Of a stretch of DNA of 64,000 nt, positions 24,501 to 41,395 are shown piece by piece. Both the position numbers and the translations under genes were made by a program. Position 1 is the first letter of the stretch. Each line of letters starts with the position of its first letter. The notes beneath the pieces were generated by a model. That model was not told the origin of the DNA. It saw only the letters and a list, made by a program, of their open reading frames with translations, and made no database searches. The stretch is from Halocafeteria seosinensis (Eukaryota), in contig LVLI01000072.1 of assembly GCA_001687465.1 (NCBI GenBank), positions 1-64,000 on the forward strand. Direction: 5' to 3'.

Positions 24501-27175
24501 ATGAGAGAGAAACGTCTTGAGCAGACACGGAGGAGAAGGTGGGGGCTAAATACGGCCTCATTTCGGACTCTACAGTACTCGTTTGCAATAGCGGCCCTAG
24601 TTGCCCTACTTTCAATACAGCTCTCAGCGGCCCAATATGGAACCAGAGGGTATGTATTACATGCGGAGTATTGTAGCATTGGTAGGAGATACAGTTCTTG
24701 TACGGTCTGACATGGTGCATACATGCAGACTTAGCAGTTCTCCCTTGCCGGAGCCAAACTGCTCCCCAGGGGAATTCATCAATGGCACGATATGTCAGGA
24801 CTGTCCGCTCGGGAAATTTTCGACCCAAGGGGATAGCCAAACCTGCGAAACATGTCCACCCGGGGAGGAGGCCTGTTTCTATCAAGAAGCATGTGTTGTG
24901 GTTCCCGCTACCCTCGCTACGGAAGCTTGTGAGGAGTGCCCTGATGGCCACGCGGGCTCTGGTGGAAGCGACGCATGCTTTCCTTGTGGTGCTGGGAGAT
25001 TCGTTGGTTCTACTGGCACTAAGTGCACCGATTGCCAAATTGGAAGATACGGATATGATACTGTACCACAGCGAAGCGAAGGATGCATATTTTGCCCACG
25101 TAAGTTTTGGTATGTCACAGAATCTCGGAGACATTCCCTCACTGTAGGCACTAACTATTCACAGAAGGGTATATAACAGAGAAAACAGGAGCCCTAAACG
25201 TGAGTTCATGCTCTATTCCATGTCAGAAAGGTCACTTCTGGGATGTAAGGGATTTTACAATCGCGGAATGTGAGGGGTGCGCCAAAGGGAAGTTTAATGA
25301 CCAACTTGCTCAAACCGAATGTAAAGACTGTCCGCGTGGTAAGCCCTTCCCAAGAGTCTACAATGCCCATAAGAAAGCCTACAGGGATCTATCATTTGTA
25401 ACCAACAGGTTTCTTTGCGGATAACAAAGATAGTGAATTATGCAAAGCCTGCCCAACAGGCACTGTACATCGTGACATTACCGGTGCGACTTCAGAGGAA
25501 GACGCTTGCGGTGATTCCTGTGGCCCAGGCTTCCGCATACACCCGCAGAACATTAACTGCACAGCGTGCGCTGAGGGGCAATACCAGCCGAAGAGTGTGT
25601 CGACGACCTGTTTTGATTGCCCACCTGGAACTGAAGGCTTATTTCCTGCGAGTGTGTCGTATAAGAATTGCACTGTTTGTGGAGTTGGCAAGTTTTCTCC
25701 AGAGAGCGGACTCCCTCGATGTCTGTCCTGCCCTAAAGGACGGTCTAGTGCGGGTGTTAATTCTACGCAAACCTTTCGACCTCAGACCAAGAACGGCGCA
25801 ACATCGATTACATTTGAAGGGTTTACCGAATGCCTCCCTTGCGCCCTAGGTTTCTTCGCGGATGTTTTGGGGAGCGGAAGTTGTAAACCATGCCTTGAGG
25901 GGAAAACTACGAACTCAACTGGAGCTGATAGCATTGCTGATTGTTTTGATTGTGGCCTTGGTACCTTTGAGTTTGGTGGTGTCTGCGTAAGTGTGGTCAA
26001 TTCCCCTTAAAATTGGCTCATTGTGACCCTGTGTATGTTATTTTGGTATCCAGGAATTGTGTACGCTAGGAACGTTTGGTGATAAGCCAGGCTTGCACCA
26101 GACTTGTCAATTTTGCTCGGCAGGAAGGTATCAAAATTCTACAGGCCAAACAACTTGCTTGGATTGCACCACTGGATTCATTCCAAACCCTTCGGACAAC
26201 GGTGGTGCTACCTCCTTTGATCAAGCGTGTATTGAAGCTTCGCCCACGCCTACTGCTTCTTCTTCGCCGTCAGGTACTCCAAGTTTCACTCAGTCTCCCT
26301 CGGTTACCAGTTCCGTGTCTCCAACGCAAACAAGCACTCCTAGCCACACTGAAACACCAAGTGTAACACCGAGCGTTACGTCTTCCGTGTCTCCGACGGA
26401 AACAAGCACACCTAGCAAAACTCCGACACCAAGTGTAACACCGAGCGTTACGTCTTCCGTGTCTCCTACACACACATCGACAGCAACGGTCACCATGACC
26501 GGCTCTGGGACTGCTTCTCGAACTTCTACTCCCACAAGCACGTCTACCCCAACGTCCACCAGTACGAGTACTTCCACTCCTACGGGAACGGGATCTCCCA
26601 GCTTTACACCGTCTACAAGTCAATCTCCCCGAATGCATGCTGGCATTGCCCCAGACGAAGATGACGGATTCGTTGAGGATGGACTGCCTTACCTTCTCAC
26701 AGCTTTAGGGCTGCTACTGCTATTGTGTTTGTTGTTTGCATTTTTCATGGCTCGACGTCGCCGTAAGAAGAAGGAAGAGGAAGTCCTAGAGAACGGGAGA
26801 GATCGTTCGAAAACCAGGATTGAGGCCATAAACCCGTTGCAAGGTGAATCCAAATACGCCACTGACACTTCTACACCAGAACATGGTATGAGAAATACAG
26901 CGTTTCGCTCGAAGATTACGCAGCCCATGTCAAATCGCCAACTACACGGGCCTCAGAAGCTGGGAAAGGGTTTCGATGATGGTGACTCTGGTAGCAGGAG
27001 TGTAACAGATTTTACAGGGGACAAACGAGGTTTCGTTCCTAGTAGAAGCAGGAATCTAGTGCCCAGCACCGCCGTCGACATCGAAAACCCCTTAGAGAAC
27101 GAGACGCCATCAAGGAAAGACAGCAAAGTGAAGCAGAAGTTCAAAACATGGTTCGGAGGCAAAAGTGAATCGTGA
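24501..27175 (+). CDS. Second Cys-rich/mucin-stalk type I membrane protein, paralog of 18440-21529
   Basis: Same CxxCPxG repeats and matching blocks (TGATSEEDACGDSCGPGF vs TGAPSEKIACGDTCGPGF; GFTECLPC vs GFKECKPC); TM followed by RRRRKKK; start uncertain. Confidence 0.85.
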
Positions 27176-27337
27176 CTACCCGCCGATTAACAACGGACAA
27201 TGACATGTTCATGTGTGTGTATTCTCTATGCTCATGTTATTGAGTACAACAGGGATAGGAAAATAAAGCGCGTAACCCGTGAAAAACACATCTATGAACA
27301 CTACTGTTTTACGCTGAGTACTTCAGAAGTACTGTGC

Positions 27338-29956
<2,619 letters not shown>

Positions 29957-30547
29957 TTCAACCAGACAATACGAACACCAACACTACTAAGAGGGGAGAA
30001 AGACGAACAAATTCAGCTATTATTTATCCTACGAGCGATAAATATAGGCGACAAATCGGGCAATGTACGCGCTTTGCGCCCCTCCGGATCGGCTCCACAG
30101 AGTGCGGAAAACGCAACCCAACAAAAGTTTGTCGCTTCGACGCGCAAGCAAGCGAACAAACATTTCGCAAGCTCTCGATGGAGAGGAACTTGGATGTGGC
30201 GTCGTCGGGGTTGGCATGCAAACGTCTACCCGGAATACAACGATTGTCTGGAGAGGAAAGACATGGAATAGATCAGATATCTCATGGCATCGTTACCGAG
30301 GCGCAATGTAGCGTCATGTAAAGGGAGGAACCGCGGAATGCAGAGGTACAAGTCGTACGACGTGATAATTCCTCACGATCACTTAGGACTACACGAGAGT
30401 GGACGAATAGCACGGCATGCGATATTCTAGTATGACATCTAGCACGTTCCGGTTTCTCTAAACAGGTCCAATATGAAAAGCGATGACAACGGGCCACAAC
30501 TTGGTCCGCAACGGGAGACTCCAGCGCTGGAATCAAAGAATCAAAGA

Positions 30548-33219
30548 ATGGTTCAAATTTTCATCTCTGTGTTCATTCTTATAGTGCCTACTCTGACAGC
30601 AGGAGAGATTGTAAGGGAACAAGACTGGAAAGAACCTCCGCTAACGCATCGTCAACACATTTATGAGGTTGTGATGCGTGAGCTCGTAGAGCAAGAACTT
30701 GCTTCGGGGAAAAAGTTAAACATATATGACATAATGACGGAGGTGGTTCGGCAGCATCATCAAAGTCTGGACAAGTACTTTGAGTAAGTGTTCCACGTGC
30801 TGTGCTATTTGTGGTAAAGAGCTTCTACATGTCGCTTCGGATTTTCAGATATACTTATCACATGCCAAGAATCAGGTTTTGGGGGACTCGCAAAACCTGG
30901 ATAGACGAAATTTGGCTGCACTCACTGAATGAAATGGATCTAATGGAGGACACTCACAAGAACGGGTCAGCGTGTGTGCACTGTGGATGCTTGAACTTCG
31001 CCAGTTCTCAATGGGAGTCGTACACGGGGATGAAGGCGGATCAGTTTCGTGCTTACGTTGACAGATTACTTTCTAAAGGTGACCTCGAACTACTATGGAG
31101 CCAGATCGTGCCACTGCCTTGCTCGGTTGTATTGCGAATTCCCTGGATGCGGGCGCGTCATTTCAAGCCGATAATGGAATACCTTCGGGGCGTGCTTTCC
31201 TCTGAACTGCTGAGAGGAATAACTTACATAACGACCGTCGAAGACGACATAGGCGCCGAGAGATTGCTTGGTTACGACTATGTCAATTGGGGAGTAAACA
31301 TTACCGTGTTTATGGGTAACTCCGGGAGAAAGTCTGGTTCTGGCTTAAGTGTAGTTCAGATCCCCGCAATTAACGGGAACTATAGCATTAAGGACTGTGG
31401 GAGCGAAACAGCAAGCCCCTCTACACCCGATAGAATGATATCTTTTGTCGGTCTATTCGGAACAGGCGCTGTCACTGACCCTACTTTGACTCGGAAACGG
31501 TGTGTAGCAGCTTCCATAGAACATTTCGGCTTGAAATCGGCTTCGTGCTTAGAGTGGAGGTTTGGCAAGAATGGTACGAGAACCATTATATTGAACTTGG
31601 TCCATCGATGCTTATCTTCATTAGTTTGGTTTGCAGCGTCTGAAAGCACTCGTGTGTCAGCGGCTATGGGCAATGTAATTCCTTTGGAAGGAGACAAAAC
31701 CTGGTGTGCAACTGTGCGCCATCTAGAGCATACCAGCGGTAGGTTTGTATATTACCGTGGTCCGGAGTGGATGTCCACGTTATGTCGTAGCTTTTTCTCT
31801 CTCGCTCCTCGAGGCAACGGTGCAACAAGCTATCGACTGTTTGAACTTCTTCAGCTAGGGATTCCGCCCATATACATTTGGAAAAATTTACTAGATCTTC
31901 CATATTCCCGGTTGACGGAGAATTCGTTGAAGCCAGAAGATCATTGGATTCCAGTCAATCCTAGGATCTCTACCTGTGTGCAGCTTCCGTCGACTGCTAA
32001 TCGAAGCTCCCAGCCTCACTGTTGGAGATGGAAAGATATTGCTCACGTGTTCCGCATAGATGAGTTTGAGGAGTCCCAGGCATCTGGATTAAGAAGTATA
32101 CTACAGCCATCAGACTCTGAAGACCGTAGAAATACGATGACCGCGCTTGCTTCTAATGTATCGCTGTATTACTTTTCCCAGGACGCCGTAGTATTGCATA
32201 TGCTGCGCTTCGTAATAGGCACTTCTTGGCTTCCACAGCTGGCTTCGCATCCCATGAGAACTGAGCGAAATCCCAGCCGGATACACTCCCCTTTAGTCTT
32301 ACAAGAGGTCGAACTAGCGAGACAGCTTGCTCCCGAGGCCTTGAGCAATTGGGAATCCCAGTTACACGTCGCTCCCACGGCAGCCTTGAGGAGAACACAT
32401 ATTCCGTTGATTGTTAGTGCTCGACACCTTGAGCACGAACCTCCTTTTCCTTCTTACAATCATGAAGAAGTGGGGAAATGGAAGTGCGATCCTCAATTAT
32501 CGTTGATTCACGAATGTAACGGTATCCCCCAGGAACGCATGGTTGCCGTGGAAAGTTACCGCCGATACTGCAACGACTCTCGTCTTCGAGAACTTTCTCT
32601 GTTCCGCAATATAAAAGCTGGTTTATTCCTCCTTCACTTCAATGTTTCGAGTTTGCTATTCGATAGCGTAGTGGACATTGCTGCCTACGTCTCGGATACC
32701 TTGTTGAGGAGAGGGCTCGTTCCACACGCTAGAAACACGCTGAATCACCTCTTCGGCAACGACTTTGTCAGGGAAGAACTGGAGGAACCTCCAGATCATG
32801 TTCGGATATTTCCTCGGGATATTCCTCGTTCGTGTATCCCTCAGGCTATTTACAGCGAGGATTTGACCGACGAGACGCTCAAACGAGACATCGAAGCGAC
32901 ATTGAGTAATGAAGCTCATCAAAATGCATATGTTGCCCGTGCTTCTCACAAAGCGTATTTTCCGAGAAAAATCAGCCTCCCTGCAATAGTGGAGCGATTA
33001 AAGAAAGAGGTCGTGAGAGCACCCATCAAGGGGTTTAGTAAGATCACCTCCGAAACTACCAACGGCGAAGGTTTCAAAATAAACGAAGAGCGTTTCCCGG
33101 AAGAGCCACTCGAAGAACGAGAATCCAAAGAAATGCGCGTACGGGTGTTTGCGGTAGAAACTGTTGCTTCGTACCTACAATACTTGTATAGTATGGACGG
33201 GATTGCGAAGGAACCGTGA
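30548..33219 (+). CDS. Exostosin-like (GT47) glycosyltransferase-domain protein
   Basis: Signal MVQIFISVFILIVPTLTA; FSLAPRGNGATSYRLFELLQLGIPPIYIW is the GT47 C-terminal motif; one intron near 30784-30848. Confidence 0.75.
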
Positions 33220-33233
33220 AGTTGTGTATTGAA

Positions 33234-34727
33234 CTATTTCTTCTGGTATATCGTTTGCGAAACCACTCTTAATGCCGTTCTAGTAATCGGAAAATTCAGC
33301 GAAATGAATCCCATGACGATGCAAACCACACCTCCAATGGCTTCGGGTGACAGCTTTGTGTCGTGCACGAAGTGGTCGACGAAAATTGAGACGGGCACAA
33401 CTAGCATTGTTCCTACGGACATGAAGAGTGGACTAACTAGCATGATGCCATACAAGAGAACGACGTTGTAAAAACCGTCCATGAAAGCATTGCCAGTCAA
33501 GATTTGTAAGTGCTCCTTAGATGGCCACTGCCAGATTTCAACCTTCGTGGCATTGAATAAAGGAAATATGGGCCACATTAGCACCAATGTGTAAAATCCG
33601 ATCAATGCCAACATGCACATCGAGGCTTCAGCTTGGATGAGAATGTTCGAATGCTTAGTGATGCTTTGTCCTGAGTCGCGCCGCATAAGAGTGTCATTCT
33701 CAGTCCCCAACGAATAGCTGTTCTTCGATTCTCTGAAATTGAGAGATCTATCATCTGTTATCACAGAACCAGGGTCTGTCGTACTGTACTCTATTGTATC
33801 AATCGTCACTTCGGAAAACACGGAGGTGCCTCGTGAAGATTTCTTCAGTTCCTCCTGATCCTCCTCGGGTTCCATGTACTTTTTATACAAAACCTCATAA
33901 AGTCCGTACAGAACTGTACTACCGATTACCCAAACATAGCCCAAAGCCGTAGGATTAGAATCACCTCCACTGGTGCGCTCCGGAGCTATCGCTACCAGCA
34001 CTAGTCCTACCACTGATATCACTACCGCAAACACTTTCTGGATCGTCACCTTTTCCTGCGAAAATTACATATGCCTACGGGAGGTCCCGAAGCAGAATTA
34101 CATTCATGGGTTGAGATACTTACTCTTACTAGCCAGACAGAGAAAATAAAGACAAATACAGATATGCTCTGGTAGATACTGTTGTTCGCAGCTACCGTGG
34201 TCAAAGGCAATGAGACATACCATAGCCACGCTACTATAAACAGCAAAAACGACAGGATGCATCCCAAGATGAGAAAATGCTTAGGAGTGATCTCATACCC
34301 AGGATTTTTGAGAGTTACTGGCTCCACATCCACGTGACCCTGTGCTATCAAGTTGTCTGCTTGCTTCTTCCTTCGCCAGAACAAGATGCCCGCCGGAATA
34401 AAGTAAACCATGTACATACAATGGATATACCTGCACGATTCGGAGACAGTAGAGAAGTGCCCAGCCGTGACAAGACTTACAGTTCACAACTTACCAAGTC
34501 ATAAAGAAATGTCCAACTGGAAGCGACTGAAGCAGTTCGGACATAGCTACCCACGTGACGATCATTCCCATTACGCAGAATACTGCCTGGGCATACCTGA
34601 TGATAGTTGCTTTCTTTTCTGCCTTATTTTGAGCATCTTCTTCCCCATCTTTGGCCACCAAATCACGGTTTGCAAGGTCCTCAAATTTTGCCAAGCTTGG
34701 CTCCTCACTTCCAACGCCGTTGTCCAT
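33234..34727 (-). CDS. DMT/EamA superfamily transporter, SLC35F-like
   Basis: About 10 TM segments; WVAMSELLQ, WYVSLPLTTVAANNSIYQS, YGLYEVLYKK, SPLFMSVGTMLVVPVS. Confidence 0.85.
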
Positions 34728-35719
34728 CTTCCCAGATCAGCTGTTCCGATTTCAAACAAACACGGTGCGCACGGCAGATCAGACTGTGGCAACTTTCGGT
34801 CACCTTTCCGTAGTCTAGCTGGATGGTACTGGATCACCCTACGTTCGGAATGTATGGCCTAAAGGTCGTTTGTAGCGTGTCCACCAGCGTTGCACTGCAG
34901 CAGAGCAACCAGATTTGCCGATCCTAGGAACGAGGGGACGGACTATCTCCACCAAGTTAGAGTGCTACCAAAAAGTGTACTACACTTGAGACTACGAAGA
35001 CTTCCTCAATCTGATGCAAGGCAAACAAGGGTTATCTATATGTCTGGACTGTAGCACAACTATCAACGGAAGGGGAAATGCACTGAAGTTGAATTTTCCC
35101 GCCGAGCTGGCCTTGACTCAAGGGTGGCATTCGGCGGCTGAAGAGGTTGGTGCCTCCTTCAGTTCAGTTTTTATAAGCACAAGGAGCTTTTGTTTTGCCC
35201 CTATTTTCGCTCGTACTAAGTTCCTTAGTTCCCCTTTCTCCTGCTACTTCGGTTCTACAGTTTCTCCTGGTAATCCGACAGCGTGGTTCAGTGAGTGTTT
35301 CTGGCTTTCTTGGAAGTGTCAAAACTGTATGTGGTATTGGTTCGCACTAGGCAACAAGGAGGAAAAGAAGAGAGAAAAAAACCGGATGGACGACAGAAAT
35401 TCTTGTAGTGCTTCGTCCGTCCGTGTTATGTTAGACAGTGTTGTTCACCAGGATTTCAGCAATTTCGACCAACGAAGTCGCCGCTCTTGGCGGGATGGAT
35501 GGTTGAGGCGTTCCTTGAAGTTGAAGCGGCAAGAAAAGATTGTCGTCTTTATTGGCTTGTTCTGAGCCATTTGTCCATTCAGTCGGTCTATTGCCCAAAT
35601 GGTAGGTCATTCAGGACAGAACCAACTCGCTGGTCGAAGCTAACCTTGCCATCTTTGGAAGGACACCTGTTGCCGGGAAGGGCAGGCTCGGAAAACAGGA
35701 GAATAGCGGGAATAAAGCT

Positions 35720-37918
35720 ATGCGACGCTCGACAGATCAGCCGCCGCGGCCCCCCTTCTACTATTACGTGCCACAGCAGCCTGTGGACGGCTCCTTTCGA
35801 GGGGAGTTCCCGCAATATGCGTCTGCGGAAGATATGGCGCCTTATCTTCAACCCCACCCTCATCATCCTCTCCCAGCAGGAATGCCACCGCCAGCAACCT
35901 GGATCCAACCGTCGCCGGCTACTTCATATCCTGCCGGTGCCTTTATTAACCCTGCTGTGCCAGTGACCTCCGCTTCAGCATCCTCCCTAGAGACGCAAGG
36001 TGGAGACAGTCACTTCTCCCAGAGGATAGATGGTAGCACGTCCGAGAAAACGGTGCAATCGGAGGGAAACACTTGGCGAAACCAGTATGGAAGAGGAAGC
36101 AAACGATCTCGGGACAATTCTTCCGAAGCCACGAATCGATTCTCAAAGGATACAAATGAGAGCGCTTCAAGCAATAAGCAGCGCAAAGTATACAATCGAG
36201 CTTGTGAGGCCTGTGCGAAATTGAAAAAGAAATGCGATGGTGTGTAGACTGACCCTTTCATGTGTGCATTGTATGTTTGGTACCAAGAGTTGTTGGTTGC
36301 GCAGGAAACCGACCTTGTAGCAGGTGCAAATCTTTGAACATTAGCGAGCATTGTACTGATGCGCCGAGGAAACGACGTGGGCGAAAAGCAAAAGAAGGGG
36401 CTACCTTAGTGCAACATCTATTTGGAGAAGACGTATGTCGATCTTAGTCTCAAGGGTTCATCTGTAGCTGTGTACTCTCGTCAGGTTTTCCATGTTTTAC
36501 AGAGAGCGAAGAGCAGCAGCACGCAGAACCAAGGGGAAGTCTCGCAGATGAACGGAAGTGAAACGAAAGCAAACCAGGCTTCTCACACAGCATCTCCTTC
36601 TCTGCGTCCCAGTGCCACTATCGACTCGTCGTCAAGTAGCGGGAAGCACGCAGCCAACGTGCGAAGCTCTCCAAGCAAAGTACTCGGAGACCCTAGAAAT
36701 AACGGTGCCCACCAACAATGGTATCAAACCGGCTCTAGCGCGATCGCACCTGAACATTCACCATTCCGCTTATTAGAACAAGACGAGGAGCGCCCCGAGT
36801 CTCCATATGGATATGGCACCAAATTGTTCGACACCGACAGTAGCTACATAGGTTATGAAGATGAACCGCACTCCCCGTCTTGGAACGGAGATTTAGGAGG
36901 TCCTAGTTACGGGCTACTTGGCTCTCAAGGCGGTAACTTTGATATCATCGGCGAGAAAAATCTCGGGCTATATGACAATGAAACAGGCTCAGAATTCGCA
37001 GCAGGAAATCAGGACGCAGCTTCGGAAACTTCTGACACTAGAAGCAATCATGTTAGGACGCAGGGAAATCCATCTAATGAGGCGCAGCCTCAGCTTCCTC
37101 AGTATCTTGCTGCCGCAAACTCCGTATCAGAGACTCCCGTAGATGATACTCGTCTGGACTCAGTATTTAAGACATGCCTCCTCACGGCGTTGCACTGTTG
37201 CCCAGTACCTTGCCTGAGATTTGAGTACAAAATCGTCTCCCCCAAGAGTAGTGAGGGCTCTCGTACTGGAAAAGATAAAGATGTTGTGCCTTCAAGTGCG
37301 TTTTGCAATCCGGCAGCCAAGGCTGTGCTCGGGACTAATATGGGGGAACTACGGGAATGTGCGCAAAAGGGGTATACATATTATTTAAGTCATCCGTCAA
37401 CGTGGAGACAAAGATTGAATGCTGCGAAGCACGCAAGAGATAAGAAACTACAGCTATACAAGTTTGAAGGTAAATACATGCGTATTACATCCGGGAGTTT
37501 AACGAAGCCTACGGAAGCCAAGTTTAGCACGTTCGATGCCACCGAAGTGGTCCAGGTGCAGTGGGATGCCGCTACAGTAACCCCCAAAGCAGCTCTTATC
37601 TTTTTGGTGAACATTACAACGTCGACTGAGGAGCTTCAGTACGAGGATATTGAAGCAGCCGCACAAGAGGCTTACGCTGCGGAAGCGCAGAAAGCTGTAG
37701 GAGGACGGAGTTCAAGTACTGCAAATGCTGCGCAGGTTCAAAAGGCACCATCCAATCAGAGTTCTTCTGAGGATGGAAAAGAAGGAGTAAATCGTCTTCT
37801 TTCAGCCGCTAAGCGAATCAGCAGCGCGTTACATAAGCTACCGTGTGCACTCGATGAGAATGTTGAGGTCTTGGACGCTCCATCGTCACTCTATCAAAAG
37901 TCTACATCGCATAAATAA
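35720..37918 (+). CDS. Zn(II)2Cys6 binuclear-cluster transcription factor with possible C-terminal PAS-like domain
   Basis: After splicing: RACEACAKLKKKCDGNRPCSRCKSLNISEHC followed by basic RKRRGRK. Confidence 0.85.
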
Positions 37919-37944
37919 GATTTCCAATTTAAAATAATGCCACT

Positions 37945-39157
37945 TCAGAATTTGTCCTTTCTCTTTCGACCTGTGAACTTGCTATCTCTTCGCACGTCTT
38001 TCCCTTGCCTTCTCTGCCGTTCTTTCTTCATTTTTACCCAGTCTCTGCAAAGCAGCACATACTAGATGTAAGATGGGCGGCTAACAGGGGCTCATAGTGA
38101 CTTACTTCGTCTTTACCCCTTTCCGTTCTACAGGCCCTTTCTTTTTATCTTGTCGCCGCCGTTTTTCCATCGATGCAGTCTGTTGTGTAGCTGAGTCGTC
38201 CAATCCTTTAGGGAGATTTTGCGCAAGAGTAGGACCTGCAAAACAGACAGAACGTAAATCTGTCACGACGAGGGAAGTTAGGTATAGATCCTCTCCTACC
38301 AACTGAAAGACACAAGAAGTACTTCTTCGCCTTTGTGGAATTTGGATAGTCTACTACTAGTCCTCCACTGAACCCACTCTTCAGTGCCACTGTCGTAATC
38401 AGTTCAATTTGCTCAGGAGATTCAGGGTAGAACTGCAACGCCGCTCTGCAACCATAGGTAGAAGACCAGTATGTTGGTGCGGAGACTAAGTACTTATCGT
38501 GAGGCCCAGTCCATAAGTTGGGGACTGCAAGGACAGCGGTGGCTAAACACGTACCGAGCTCCTCGTCGTAAACATCTGTACAGTGCCTGGAAGAAATCGG
38601 ACAGGCGTTTGTGAGCCTTATGTTCCTTCTTATCCGAGTAACACAGCCATTGGAGAGCAGAGACCGAGATAGCTCCGTCAAACATTCCAGCTCTGAAACC
38701 GAAGCCTTGGCCGATATCTCCCACGAATAGGTCTCCACTGACGCTCCTTCGTCCAACTTCCAGCATGTGTTTGCTGATGTCGACACCCACGGTGAAGTGG
38801 CCAGCTTCTTCAATGATGGCTGCATACACAACGTAACCGTAACCCAATCGAGTTCACACATCCTCAAGAACAAAACAATCCAGAAAAATACCTACATCCA
38901 CTGAGACCACTGCCACATCCTACGTCTAATAGCAATTTTGGTGAGCTCGGTGTAGTTCCAGCCTCTCCGTCGGTAGCTGCAGAGGCTGTGGCGCCGGTCG
39001 TTGGGCTCTGATTTTGCAACGCGAGCAGCTCAAGGCATCGTTGAGTCATTTGAGACTGGATATGGATCATACGGGAGTTGGAGGTGTATTTTTCAGCCTC
39101 CTCTTCATTATAAAACAGATCCGGCGGAGCGGTATGTTCTGGACGATGTTTACTCAT
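37945..39157 (-). CDS. BUD23: 18S rRNA m7G methyltransferase Bud23/WBSCR22
   Basis: [63 protein letters not shown]-terminal [10 protein letters not shown]. Confidence 0.95.
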
Positions 39158-39537
39158 TGTTTCAAAGCTTTCCCTGTACCGATCGATCCAACGTCTGCGG
39201 CAGTCCTGAGAACGCAGAATGCGACACTATCTCAACCCAGAAATCTCTCGTAAAGGGTACAAAACACCTCTATACAGGCCCTTGACAGACCCAGGAGTCA
39301 CCCAGGCCAGTGAGATTGTTGAAGTTGAAGAAAACTTCAAGTAGAAGATATGTTTGTCGTGTTCATTCCGGACTTAACGGCCTCTCCTTAAATGTGTTAT
39401 ATGGAAGGTTTTATTGGATAATTTTTTACCAGAGGTTTTTGGGATCAATAGAACAGTCGATAGACCTCCCTTTTATCAGCGGCGTGGAGTTGTTTTACTC
39501 CTTGGGTGCATTTGTGTCGTGAGAGGAGGACACGACG

Positions 39538-41342
39538 ATGGTAAGACTCCGGTTGGGAATGCCTAATTGCTTTATTATGGCTGCATCATGTCTGTTTTTA
39601 ATGCATACTCTGTCAGAATGAGGAATCAGATTCTGAAGGCGAATTCTCCTACGGGGACAGCGTGGGGGAGAGCACGCAATTAACGGACGAATTCGGCAGA
39701 CAGAGAGTAAGTGTTTACCATCGTCTACCTTCACTCGAATACCACGCTATTCCACACTGTTATCACTGTATGGGTACGAATATGCAGACGGAAATTGTTC
39801 AGAACAAGCCGTACGATGAAGCGCTAGAACTTAGTGATAACTCCATGGAGGAAAGGTAAGTCTCATCGACGAACTTTCTGTGATGCTCTTGAATTTTCTA
39901 CGTCCACGCATGATCGATACAGTATCGACACAAATGCTGCTCAATCAATGAGTTTTGGCTCCCCGCAAGGGAAGCAAGCTGTAAGGTCGAGGGCGAACGC
40001 AGGACAGCAGGAACAAGCTGAACAGTCATCTAAAATAGAGGAATCTAATGATGAAGATACGCCAAGAGAGCAGGTTTGTTACTTATTGACATTGGTGTTT
40101 GCAAGATGGGTTGCAACTCAATCTACTTGACTGATGTGATACAGAAAGCTCAAGAGCACCCGTCGCCTCCACCTCGACGTCAATATGCTGAAGAGGATCA
40201 GCAAGAACAGAGCATGGAGGAGAGTGAATCCCCTTCGGATGATGATAGAAGTACTAGTTTTGGTGGTATCACAGGGTAAGCAGGGGGGCATCAATGCTGC
40301 ATTGAGTGTGTGGGTTGCAATGTTGATTACATTGGATGTGTTGGCAGGGGGTATAACCCGGAGGATTACGCCCATTTGCAAGTTCCTCAAGATATCAAGG
40401 GACTGTTTGAGTATATCTCCGGATACCGTCCCCATGACATCAGTTTAGAAACTCAATTAAAGCCGTTTATACCAGATTATATTCCCGCGGTAGGCGAGAT
40501 TGATGCTTTCGTCAAGGTATGTCAACCTCGCTTACTTTCGTGTACGTTGGTTGTGCTAATACAGTAGATCGGTCCTCACTCTGCTTTGCACAGCCACCTC
40601 CGCCGAAATCTGAGGAGGAACCCCTAGGACTGAAGGAACTGGACGAACCTTCACCACATCAGAGTGACCCTACGGTACTCGATTTGCAACTAAGGTGAGG
40701 ACATTCGATGAGTATCCGAGGTTCTTGCCCACCGGGACGATAATCTGGGTCTGCGTTTGTCTCAGGTCGATGTCCAAGAAATCAAACATAAAACCCACCA
40801 AAGTTCGTTCTATTGAAAACGCCAATAAAAATCCACGAGAGATAACTAAGTGGATCAACTCAATCCAAGAGTTGCATAGGAACAAACCGGCGCCACAAGT
40901 CCAGTATTCTAAAGCCATGCCGGATATCGAGGCATTGATGCAAGTCTGGCCAGACGAAATAGAGGAAAAAGTACGAGAGTTGACGAAAACGCCTGGCTCT
41001 GTCTTCGGTAAACCCGCGAAGAAGAAGGGACACCGTGAACAGCAGCATCACTCGACAGGACCCTTGGCTGAGATGGACCTTAGCTTAGAGGAAATGACGC
41101 GGGTGATGTGTGCCATGCTAGATATTCCTGTATACGAGCCTAAAGCTGGTACACCAGCTTCGGAGAGTAGGTCGCTCATTCAGTCCTTACATGTGTTCTT
41201 CACCCTTTACAACGAGTTCAGGACAAACCAGCATTTCCAGCAAATTGGTGGCATGACTGGGGGCTCCTCTCTGGGACACACGGGATCCGGTGCCAATGTT
41301 CTCGCTGTTGATAGTGATGACGAGAATGAACATAAACAATAA
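39538..41342 (+). CDS. IFT46: Intraflagellar transport protein 46
   Basis: NKPYDEALEL, YNPEDYAHLQV, LKPFIPDYIPAVGEIDAFVK, MPDIEALMQVWP, IQSLHVFFTLYNEFRTNQHF; multi-exon. Confidence 0.93.
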
Positions 41343-41395
41343 ATTCTGCATTTCTTAGCTGTAGTAGTACTGGATTTCCGAAATTGACGAAATGC

